Assembly: GCA_041913245.1 (NCBI GenBank)
Contig: JAYSFT010000003.1
Location: 2,181 to 66,180, forward strand
Direction: 5' to 3'
Length of the DNA stretch: 64,000 nucleotides
Origin: Rhodospirillaceae bacterium
GTDB lineage: Bacteria > Pseudomonadota > Alphaproteobacteria > Rhodospirillales > Rhodospirillaceae
In this document: positions 7,186 through 14,607 of the stretch, piece after piece
Numbering within the stretch: position 1 is the stretch's first letter
Layout: every line of letters starts with the position of its first letter
Made by a program: the position numbers and the translations under genes
Notes under the pieces: generated by a model
The model's input: the letters and a program-made list of their open reading frames with translations, nothing else
What the model was told of the DNA's origin: nothing
The model's database searches: none

Positions 7186-7620
7186 ATGAAAACGTCTGTT
7201 GTCTTGTGGGCTTCGCTTCTCCTGTTCCCCGCGCTCGCCGCCCCGGCCTTCGCCGCCAACGGCTCCACGTCGCAAGGCGTGCAGATGCAAGCCGGTCCCG
7301 GCCGCGAATATCCCGACGTGATGCGCCTCGCGCCCAATCTGAAAGTCACCATCCACGCCTGCGCGCGGGCCTGGGACTGGTGCGACGTGGAATGGCGCGG
7401 CAATCGCGGATGGATCCCGGCCGCGGCGCTCGACTATCGCCTGGATGACACGCTGCTGCCGGTGAGTGACTACGGCCCGCGCGTCGGCCTCGCGCAGGTG
7501 GAGTTCAATCTCGCCAAGTACTGGGACGCCTATTACCGCCAGCGCCCCTGGTATCCGCGGCGCGCCGAATACGAAGCGCGCGGCCCCGCCAAGGTCCTCG
7601 CCAACGCCGCGATCGATTAG
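7186..7620 (+). CDS. Secreted bacterial SH3-domain protein
   Basis: Signal peptide MKTSVVLWASLLLFPALAAPAFA. Then VQMQAGPGREYPDVMRLAPNLKVTIHACARAWDWCDVEWRGNRGWIPAAAL, an SH3b-like pattern. GAGGA Shine-Dalgarno before ATG 7186. Confidence 0.7.
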   Translation: MKTSVVLWASLLLFPALAAPAFAANGSTSQGVQMQAGPGREYPDVMRLAPNLKVTIHACARAWDWCDVEWRGNRGWIPAAALDYRLDDTLLPVSDYGPRVGLAQVEFNLAKYWDAYYRQRPWYPRRAEYEARGPAKVLANAAID

Positions 7621-7629
7621 CGAAAAAAA

Positions 7630-7656
7630 GGCCCTTTCGCACATGGCGAAAGGGCC
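7630..7656. terminator. Bidirectional stem-loop terminator between the SH3 gene and the response regulator gene
   Basis: 11-bp stem GGCCCTTTCGC(7630-7640)/GCGAAAGGGCC(7646-7656). An A7 run precedes it (a U-run on the minus strand) and ATTT follows it. Confidence 0.55.
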
Positions 7657-7788
7657 ATTTGGAAGTCACAGGAATCTCGGCGGAAGCGCGGGGGGAATTG
7701 CGCTGGGGAACGCGCCGAGATCGGCATCATAACGGCGGCTTTTTGCAAAGGTTCCCGCCCTGGGCGAGGAATCACGCGCGTCGGCCGC

Positions 7789-7831
7789 GTTCTTCAAGGA
7801 CCTAGTTCTTCAAGGACCTAGTTCTTCAAGG
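7789..7831. repeat. 16-bp tandem repeat (about 2.7 copies) spanning the stop codon of the response regulator gene
   Basis: GTTCTTCAAGGACCTA at 7789-7804 and 7805-7820, then GTTCTTCAAGG at 7821-7831. The repeat duplicates the last codons (..LKN*) plus 6 nt. Confidence 0.85.
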
Positions 7832-8228
7832 CAAGGGCGTCGATGAGCCCCTGCTCCAGGCCCTCGATGCCGTAGGGTTTACGGATCGTGGCGCAGTCCT
7901 GCATCGTTTCCGGCAGGCTGCGGTCGTCCATGCCGGTGGTGACGATGACCCGGATTCCCCGGTTCCTGAGGCGCTGCGCCGCCGGCGCGCTGGCTTCGCC
8001 TTTAAGCCGGTAATCCAGAAGCACCGCGTCCACGTCGTCGGCGTTGATCGTGTCGGCCAGCGACATCGCCTCGGTCAGCGTGCGCGCCGTGCCCGCGTGC
8101 ACACAGCCCAGTTCATCGAGCATGATTTCCAGCATCGCGCCGATGGGCACTTCGTCTTCGATCACGGCGATGCGTTTGCCGGCCAGGATGGGGTTGCTCA
8201 CATCGTGTCCTATCGGGGCTTGAACCAT
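7818..8228 (-). CDS. Single-domain (CheY-like) response regulator
   Basis: Only the C-terminal 136 aa of track ORF 7818-9965 look real. They read MVQAPIGHDVSNPILAGKRIAVIEDEVPIGAMLEIMLDELG...DAVLLDYRLKGE...IRVIVTTGMDD...IRKPYGIEGL, showing the receiver DD/D/T/K pattern. The rest of the ORF is antisense to the oxidoreductase gene. Confidence 0.8.
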   Translation of the reverse strand: MVQAPIGHDVSNPILAGKRIAVIEDEVPIGAMLEIMLDELGCVHAGTARTLTEAMSLADTINADDVDAVLLDYRLKGEASAPAAQRLRNRGIRVIVTTGMDDRSLPETMQDCATIRKPYGIEGLEQGLIDALALKN

Positions 8229-8348
8229 ACCGCCTTGATAACGCCGCATTTGGGATTTGGTTGCGCTCTGTAATTGCAAAGCCGCGGCGCCCGCGCCGGA
8301 ACAAGCGCCCGTCCATCCGTATTCAGTTGTTGAAGAGGAGGAGCTTTC

Positions 8349-9908
8349 ATGGACCAGACCACGCAAGGCACACGCTCCCTGTGGATGGACGAATGCGCGC
8401 GCCCGGCGGCCGCGCTCGCCGCCGACCGCCGCGCCGAAGTGGTCGTGGTCGGCGCGGGCATCGCCGGCCTCACCACGGCCTATCTGCTCGCCAAGGCCGG
8501 CCGCGACGTCCTCGTGCTCGACCAGGGCGGCGTCGGTCACGGCATGACCTCGCGCACCACCGCGCATCTCTCCACCGCGCTGGACGACCGCTGGTACAAG
8601 CTCATCGCCCAGAGCGGCGAAGCCGACGCCATGACGGCGGCCGATGCTTTCCTGCGCCACATCGACTTCGTCGAGGCGGTCCAGTGCGACGAGGACATCG
8701 CGTGCGATTTCGCGCGCGTCGACGGTTACCTGATCCTCGCCGACGGCGACGACCGCGCCACCTTGGAGAAGGAACTCGACGCCGCGCGCAAACTCGGGCT
8801 CGCCGACGTCATGCTGGACGATGCCTGCCCGATGCCCAGGCTCACCTCGCGCCCCTGCCTCAAGTTCCCGCGCCAGGGCCGCTTCCATCCCCTGAAATAT
8901 CTCGGCGGCCTCGCGCGCTGCATCAAGGCGGGCGGCGGCCAGATCATGCGCGCGCATGTGACCGCGGTCTGGGACGGCGATACCGTCACCATCGAGTGCG
9001 ACGGCGGCTTCAAGGTCCAGGCGAACGCCGCCGTCATCGCCACCAACACGCCGATCAATGACCGCGTCGTCATCCACACCAAACAGGCGCCCTATCGCAC
9101 CTACGCCGTCGCGGCCACGGTGCCGGCGGGATCGGTGCCCGACGTGCTCGCCTGGGAAACCGGCATGCCCTACCACTATGTCCGCCTCCAGCCCGGCGCG
9201 GACGGCGCGGACATCCTCGTCGTCGGCGGCGAGGATCACAAAAGCGGCCAGGCCCACGACGGCGCCGCGCGCTTCCAGAAGCTGGAACTGTGGGCCCTCG
9301 CCCGCTTCCCCGAGATCCGGCGCTTCACCGCGCGCTGGTCCGGCCAGGTGATGGAAAGCGCCGACTTCCTCGGTTATCTCGGCCAAAACCCCGGCGACAA
9401 GAACGTGTACGTCATCACCGGCGATTCCGGCATGGGCATGACCCACGGCACGATTGGAGGAATGATCGTTTCCGACCTCATCCTCGGCAAGAAGAATCCC
9501 TGGGCCGGTCTGTTCGATCCGGCGCGCGTCACGCCGAAAGCCGCCGGGCGCTTCGCGCGCGAGAACCTCAACGTCGCCGCGCAGTTCGCCGGCTACATCC
9601 TTCCCGGCGACGTCCACGATGTCGCCGCGATCCCGCCGGGCGGCGGCGCCGTCGTGCGCCGGGGCGCGGCGAAACACGCGGTCCACCGCCGCGCCGACGG
9701 AACGCTGGTCGAAAAATCGGCCGTGTGCCCGCACATGGGCTGCCTCGTGTCCTGGAATCCGGTGGAAAGCTGCTGGGACTGTCCCTGCCACGGCTCGCAG
9801 TTCAGCGCCGAAGGCCAGGTCATCAACGGGCCCGCCACGGCGGGCCTCGCGGGAATTGACAAGGCGTCCCGTCCCGCCCGGGCCCATGACGAGGATCATC
9901 CCCGCTAA
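8349..9908 (+). CDS. FAD-dependent oxidoreductase fused to a C-terminal Rieske [2Fe-2S] domain
   Basis: The N-terminus VVVVGAGIAGLTTAYLLAKAGRDVLVLD is a dinucleotide-binding fold. The C-terminus CPHMGCLVSWNPVESCWDCPCHGSQFSAEGQVINGPA carries the Rieske CxH...CxxH motif. Strong GAGGAGGAG Shine-Dalgarno. Confidence 0.85.
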   Translation: MDQTTQGTRSLWMDECARPAAALAADRRAEVVVVGAGIAGLTTAYLLAKAGRDVLVLDQGGVGHGMTSRTTAHLSTALDDRWYKLIAQSGEADAMTAADAFLRHIDFVEAVQCDEDIACDFARVDGYLILADGDDRATLEKELDAARKLGLADVMLDDACPMPRLTSRPCLKFPRQGRFHPLKYLGGLARCIKAGGGQIMRAHVTAVWDGDTVTIECDGGFKVQANAAVIATNTPINDRVVIHTKQAPYRTYAVAATVPAGSVPDVLAWETGMPYHYVRLQPGADGADILVVGGEDHKSGQAHDGAARFQKLELWALARFPEIRRFTARWSGQVMESADFLGYLGQNPGDKNVYVITGDSGMGMTHGTIGGMIVSDLILGKKNPWAGLFDPARVTPKAAGRFARENLNVAAQFAGYILPGDVHDVAAIPPGGGAVVRRGAAKHAVHRRADGTLVEKSAVCPHMGCLVSWNPVESCWDCPCHGSQFSAEGQVINGPATAGLAGIDKASRPARAHDEDHPR

Positions 9909-10040
9909 CCCATCGGCAAACAGGCGCATAACAATGCGGCGCGGGAGCCGGGGACAGAATCGCACAAAACACTTGCAACCGTGCGTTGGGTTTAGCCATT
10001 ATGTCCGCGGGCGGGCGCCTTTAGGTTAGAGGCCCCTTTG

Positions 10041-11771
10041 ATGAGTTTGTTTGCGAGCCTGCGCGCCGCGGTTGCGGATGCGCGTACTGCCGCGTTTTCC
10101 GGCGCCTTCGCCGGCGCGTCCCCCGCATCTCCCAAAACCGTCTCCGGAAAAAGCCAACATGTCGCGCTCGGCGCCGCCATGGCCCTCGCGACCGTCGCCG
10201 TGCTCGCATCGCGCCGCACCAGCACGCTCACGACGCCCTATCTGTGGGCCGAGGACGGGCTCGACATCGTCCCGCAGTTCGTGCTGCGCGGCTGGCCGAG
10301 TCTCTTCGACCCGATCTCCGGCTACATGGCGTTCATTCCGCGGCTGATGTCCTACATCTCCTTGAGCGTCGCTCCGCAGGCCTATCCGCTCACCAGCACG
10401 CTTTTGTCGTGGCTGTTCATGGCCGGCGTGCTCGCCTTCATCGCGCTCGCGCCCACGCGATTGCGCGCGCGGCCGTGGGTTGTGCTCGCCTGCCTGTTCG
10501 TGCCCACCGACCCGGAGGTCTTCGGCACCTCGCTCTACTCCTTCTGGTGGGCGGGACTGCTTCTCATGGTGCTGGCCCTGTGGGAAGACACCCCGCGCCT
10601 TTTCAAGACGCGCCTGGCATTGGCGGTCCTGTGCGGCCTTTCCACGCCGCTGACCGTCATGATCGCGCCGCTCATGGCCTTGCGCGCGGTTTACCTGCGC
10701 GCACGCCACGACGTCGCCCTCGCCGCGGCCGTCGCCGTTTGCGCCGGTCTTCAGGTGCGCGAGATCCTCGCGGTCCATACCGAGACCATGGCCTCGGCGA
10801 TTTCGCCGCGCACCCTCGCGCAGATCTTCGACAAGTTCTTCGGGCGTTATATCTGGGGCATGGATACCGCGAACGCGAGTCAGGAGTTCTGGCTCGCGGT
10901 GCTGGGGCTCGGGCTTGCCGGCCTCGTCGTCTACGCCCTTGCCACGCTCAAGGACCGCTGGCTCGCCTTCTGTCTCCTCTATCTCCTCGGCGGCAGCATC
11001 GCGCTGTCGGTGATGCGCGTCAGTGTCGAGATCATGGGCCCCACCGGCGGCGGCCCGCGCTATTTCTTCTATCCCTACGTCCTGCTCGGCTGGATCCTGA
11101 TCCAGGCGCTCGCATCGCGGCGCGGGACCCTGCGCGCGCTGTTCGCCGCGCCGCTGGCCTTCGCGCTCGCCAACGCGGCCTTGTCGGGATGGAACCGCGC
11201 CGCGGATACCTTCTCCTTCCAGCGGCAGATGCAGTCCTGCATGCATTTCGAGGAATACGGCATGCCGATCCACAGGTCCGGCTCGCGCTTCGATATCTTC
11301 CGCGGCACCTATCCGCGCCGGGTCTGCGCCTATATCGCCGCGCGCATGGAGCCGATGGACGAGAACCGGCTGCGCCCCTTCTCCTGGCTGCACGCCGGCT
11401 ACGCGACGGGCGCGCGCCACGCCTTGCGCATCGTCTCGCACACGCTGTCCGGAACCGCGGCCGGCACGCCGCCGGCGGGCTACGCCATGCGCGGCACCTA
11501 CGGCGGCCCTTCACCGGTCGGCGAGGTCATCCTCGATGTCAGGCGCGGCGAGATGATCCTCTACGCCAGCGGCGCGGGATCGAAACCGGCGCGCTACGAC
11601 CTGCGCACCGCGACCCATCACTTCACCGGCCCCCTGCCGCTCTGTCCGGAAACCTGCACGCTGGCCTTCGGGTCCGATCTCCTGCCGGAGACCTTCACGG
11701 TCCGTCTGAGCGGGGACAGCGGCGCGCCCGACGACTGGTTCGCGGTCGGATTGCCGGCGCCCGCCTCGTAA
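10041..11771 (+). CDS. Polytopic integral membrane protein, unknown function
   Basis: About 10 hydrophobic segments (e.g. LLSWLFMAGVLAFIALAP, LYSFWWAGLLLMVLALW, FWLAVLGLGLAGLVVYAL) followed by a soluble C-terminal part of about 170 aa. No family recognised. Confidence 0.6.
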   Translation: MSLFASLRAAVADARTAAFSGAFAGASPASPKTVSGKSQHVALGAAMALATVAVLASRRTSTLTTPYLWAEDGLDIVPQFVLRGWPSLFDPISGYMAFIPRLMSYISLSVAPQAYPLTSTLLSWLFMAGVLAFIALAPTRLRARPWVVLACLFVPTDPEVFGTSLYSFWWAGLLLMVLALWEDTPRLFKTRLALAVLCGLSTPLTVMIAPLMALRAVYLRARHDVALAAAVAVCAGLQVREILAVHTETMASAISPRTLAQIFDKFFGRYIWGMDTANASQEFWLAVLGLGLAGLVVYALATLKDRWLAFCLLYLLGGSIALSVMRVSVEIMGPTGGGPRYFFYPYVLLGWILIQALASRRGTLRALFAAPLAFALANAALSGWNRAADTFSFQRQMQSCMHFEEYGMPIHRSGSRFDIFRGTYPRRVCAYIAARMEPMDENRLRPFSWLHAGYATGARHALRIVSHTLSGTAAGTPPAGYAMRGTYGGPSPVGEVILDVRRGEMILYASGAGSKPARYDLRTATHHFTGPLPLCPETCTLAFGSDLLPETFTVRLSGDSGAPDDWFAVGLPAPAS

Positions 11772-12071
11772 AACGCAGGGAGGGGAGCCGCGAGGATTTC
11801 AGGCCTTTTTACGGACGCCGGACAGCGGCGGAAACACGGCGCGCTCGCCGTCGCTTCGGGCCGCGTGAAAATCGCCTGGGACGAGGAGGACGGCCGGCTC
11901 CGCTTCTCGTGGCGCGAGATCGGCGGCCCCGCCGTCGCCGCGCCGACGCGCCGCGGCTTCGGGACAAGGCTGCTCGAACGCGCCATCGCCCACGACCTCG
12001 CCGGCTTCACCCGCCTGGATTACGCGCAAAACGGTCTGTGCTGGGACGCCACCGCGCCGTTAAGGCGCTAA
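11772..12071 (+). pseudogene. Remnant of an HWE/HisKA2-family histidine kinase (C-terminal ATPase part only)
   Basis: The frame reads ...LFTDAGQRRKHGALAVASGRVKIAWDEEDGRLRFSWREIGGPAVAAPTRRGFGTRLLERAIAHDLAGFTRLDYAQNGLCWDATAPL. This matches the HWE kinase tail pattern (NA.KYGAL...G.V.I.W......L.W.E.GGP.V..P...GFG..L). No DHp/H-box or sensor domain lies upstream. Confidence 0.5.
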
Positions 12072-12151
12072 AAAAACCTCCGCCGTTAAGGCGCTAAAAA
12101 AAACGTCCGCCGTTAAGGCGCTAAAAAACGTCCGCCGCTCGGGCGCTAACC
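12053..12151. repeat. Tandem array of a 26-27-bp unit (3 copies plus a degenerate 4th) between two convergent gene ends
   Basis: CCGCCGTTAAGGCGCTAAAAAA(A)(A)C(C/G)T occurs at about 12053-12079, 12080-12106 and 12107-12131, with a degenerate CCGCCGCTCGGGCGCTAACC at 12132-12151. Unit 1 carries the TAA stop of the kinase remnant. Unit 4 carries the stop of the GAF gene on the opposite strand. Confidence 0.85.
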
Positions 12152-12775
12152 TATCGCGCCGTAGAGGGCCTCGGTGACGATACTGGCATACTTCTGCGCG
12201 CTGATGACGGACGTTTCGGACATCTGTGTCGGATCGCAGAAATGCGCGGAGATCACCCCGACCGGCGCGCGCGTCCCGTACCTCAGCGGCACGGAAATCA
12301 CGGACCGGTAATTCGCCTTGCGCGCCGCATCGCGGTAGGGCGCGAATTCCTCATCGGCCTCGGTATCCGGGATGAAAATCGGCCGTGCGTCGCGCAACGC
12401 CCGGCCGCAGGCGCAACCGCTTTGCGCGTTCACCTCCGCGAAGGTCTCCAGGAACTCCTGATCGAAACCCGTCTGGCCGACGATGGTCAGGGTGTTGGTC
12501 TTTGGATCGAGCAACTGGATGTTGCCCATGGCGCTGCCGAAAACCGTTTTGAAATCGCGGATCACGGCGTGGAAGATCTGCACCGACGATCCATTCGGGT
12601 CCTGCTCCTTGGCGCGCGCGGCAAGGCGGTCCCAGTGGTCGGCCCAATCCAGAAGATTGCCGCGCGCGGGCGAGACCGTCATGGTGCTTGCGATGGCACG
12701 CAGGGACTCCGCGCGGCTGCGCCATGAACTGATGCGCTGATGCAGGTCGATGATGCCCGTAAGGTCGCGTGTCAC
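12146..12775 (-). CDS. GAF domain-containing protein
   Basis: ...FGSAMGNIQLLDPKTNTLTIVGQTGFDQEFLETFAEVNAQSGCACGRALRDARPIFIPDTEADEEFAPYRDAARKANYRSVISVPL... is a GAF_2-like pattern. GTG start. Confidence 0.7.
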   Translation of the reverse strand: MTRDLTGIIDLHQRISSWRSRAESLRAIASTMTVSPARGNLLDWADHWDRLAARAKEQDPNGSSVQIFHAVIRDFKTVFGSAMGNIQLLDPKTNTLTIVGQTGFDQEFLETFAEVNAQSGCACGRALRDARPIFIPDTEADEEFAPYRDAARKANYRSVISVPLRYGTRAPVGVISAHFCDPTQMSETSVISAQKYASIVTEALYGAIG

Positions 12776-12869
12776 GCCACACCCTGAAGTTTTCGACGGG
12801 CCCCCGTTCTACCAGATCGACCGGTAAAAAGAGCGTGCTAAACCGCTTTATTTGGTCACCTCCTTTCCG

Positions 12870-12945
12870 TTTTATGTGGTCATCCTGGGCAGCACGCCCC
12901 GGCATTTGCAGCCCTGGACAGGCGTCGCCCGGAGTGACGAAAAAT
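12870..12945. repeat. REP/MITE-like dispersed element, copy B (approximate bounds)
   Basis: TTTTATGTGGTCATCCTGGGCAGCACGCCCCGG...GCGTCGCCCGGAGTGACGAAAAA. The arms GTCATCCTGGGC and GCCCGGAGTGAC are imperfect inverted repeats. Confidence 0.5.
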
Positions 12946-12997
12946 CGGAAAACGTCACGCCGCGAACACAGCGATTCAAGCAAAAGTCATCCCGCTT

Positions 12998-14596
12998 CTA
13001 CTTCACCTCAACCGTCTGTCCCGGCAGCGCCGGCGTATTCACCGGGCGGCGCACGGCTTTGGTGCCTTGCTCGAAGGCGTAACCCATCGACAGCAATTTG
13101 GGCTCGCTATACGGCGCGCCGAAGAAGGAGATCGCCACCGGCAGGTCGTCGGTGGTGAAGCCCGCCGTCACGATCAGATCGGGATAACCGGTAAGCGGCG
13201 CGATGACGGTCGGCGAGACCCCGCCGCCGCCCGAGGTCAGCGCGGAGCCTACAATCGTACCCGGGCGCGTGCGGCTGGTCGGATAGACGATCGCGTCCAG
13301 CTTGTCCTTTTGCAGCGTGCCGGTCATCAGCGCGCGCGCCATCGGCATGCCGAAGTCGTGCGCGGCGATATAACCCGGGTCCTTCATCGTGCCGCTCGCC
13401 TTCTCCACCTTGAAGAAATTCCAGCGGTACGGGTTCGGGCCCGTGCCGTCGGGGCGCAGGTCGTTGTAGGCCTCGGCGCGCTCGATCAGCTGATCGAGGC
13501 TCTTGGGATACTTCGGTCCCGTGCTTTGCAGATAGTCGCCGATCTGCACCGCGAACTCCGGCGGATAGATCGACCACAGCATGGTGGACGCCGAATCCAG
13601 GAACCATTTCGGCAGGCGCACATCGACCACGGTCGCCCCCGCCTTCTGCAACGCCTTCACCGCGGACTCCACTACCCAGTCCACGTCGGGGTCCGCGCCC
13701 ATGAAGTCGCGCGCGAGGCCGATGCGCGCGCCCTTGAGCCCGCTCGGGTCCAGAAATTTCGTATAGTCCTTCTGCGCGTTGCCCTTTTGCGTCTGCGTGG
13801 TCGGGTCCGCTTTGTCGATGCCCGCCGTCACGCCCAGCGAGACGGCGATGTCCGTCACGTTGCGCGCCATCGGGCCCGCCATGTCGAGGCTCAAGGACAA
13901 GGGGATCACGCCGTCATGGCTGATGAGGCCGTAGGTCGGACGCATGCCCACAATGCCGTTGGTGGTCGACGGTCCGCGCACCGAGCCGCCCGTATCCGTG
14001 CCGTAGCCGAGCGGCGCGTAGCCGGCGGCGATGCCCACGCCCGTGCCGCCCGAGGAGCCCGACGGCGTGCGCGTCAGATCGTGCGGGTTCAGGGACTGTC
14101 CGCCCATGGAGCTTTGGAAGCCGTTGGCGAACTCGCCGAGGTTCACTTTCGCCAGGATGATGGCGCCGCCGTCCCGCAGTTGTTTCACCAGATGCGCGTC
14201 ATCGGGCGGCATGTTGCCTTCCAGCAGCACCGAGCCGCCGGTGGTCGCGATATCGGCGGTGTCGATATTATCCTTGAAGATGACGGGAATGCCGTGCATC
14301 GGCCCGCGCACTTTTCCGGCCTTGCGTTCGGCGTCGAGCGCGCGGGCGATCTCCATCGCTTTCGGATTGAGCGCGATCACCGCGTGCAGCTTCGGCCCGG
14401 CGCGGTCATAGGCCGCGATGCGCGCGAGGCACATCTCGGTGAGTTTCTCCGCCGTCAGCGTGCCGGCCGCCATGGCCGCCTGAAGCTCGACGATGGTGGC
14501 CTGATCGAAGTCGACGGGGCGCGCCTGCGCCGGCGCCGTCATTAACGTCCCCGCGAGAGCGGCGGCGATCGCGAGCGAACTGACCTGCTTTTTCAT
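12998..14596 (-). CDS. Secreted amidase-signature (AS) family amidase, paralog 1
   Basis: Signal peptide MKKQVSSLAIAAALAGTLMTAPAQA. AS family Lys/cis-Ser/Ser context: IPVIFKDNIDT, GSSGGTGVGIAAGYAPLGYGTDTGGSVRGPS. Confidence 0.9.
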   Translation of the reverse strand: MKKQVSSLAIAAALAGTLMTAPAQARPVDFDQATIVELQAAMAAGTLTAEKLTEMCLARIAAYDRAGPKLHAVIALNPKAMEIARALDAERKAGKVRGPMHGIPVIFKDNIDTADIATTGGSVLLEGNMPPDDAHLVKQLRDGGAIILAKVNLGEFANGFQSSMGGQSLNPHDLTRTPSGSSGGTGVGIAAGYAPLGYGTDTGGSVRGPSTTNGIVGMRPTYGLISHDGVIPLSLSLDMAGPMARNVTDIAVSLGVTAGIDKADPTTQTQKGNAQKDYTKFLDPSGLKGARIGLARDFMGADPDVDWVVESAVKALQKAGATVVDVRLPKWFLDSASTMLWSIYPPEFAVQIGDYLQSTGPKYPKSLDQLIERAEAYNDLRPDGTGPNPYRWNFFKVEKASGTMKDPGYIAAHDFGMPMARALMTGTLQKDKLDAIVYPTSRTRPGTIVGSALTSGGGGVSPTVIAPLTGYPDLIVTAGFTTDDLPVAISFFGAPYSEPKLLSMGYAFEQGTKAVRRPVNTPALPGQTVEVK

Positions 14597-14607
14597 GTGG
14601 GTTGTCC

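Noticed and set aside
8298-8321. EcfG-type promoter upstream of the FAD/Rieske oxidoreductase (GGAAC-N15-CGTA)
   Set aside because: Both the spacer length (15) and the -10 element (CGTA) deviate from the consensus. This is insufficient evidence.
7818-9965. 715-aa ORF on the minus strand
   Set aside because: Only the last 136 codons (7818-8228) look like a protein, a receiver domain. The rest is Arg/Gly/Ala-rich antisense to the well-supported FAD/Rieske oxidoreductase gene (8349-9908). This is a typical high-GC artefact.
10041-12071. Stop-codon readthrough or fusion of the 577-aa membrane protein with the in-frame HWE kinase fragment
   Set aside because: The membrane protein's C-terminal region shows no DHp/H-box, and a same-frame juxtaposition has a one-in-three chance. 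The simpler reading is a deletion-truncated kinase gene.
10244-12097. 617-aa plus-strand ORF, with the 471-aa minus-strand ORF at 10026-11441
   Set aside because: Both are extremely Arg/Pro/Gly-rich alternate-frame or antisense readings of the membrane-protein gene 10041-11771. They have no domain-like strings.
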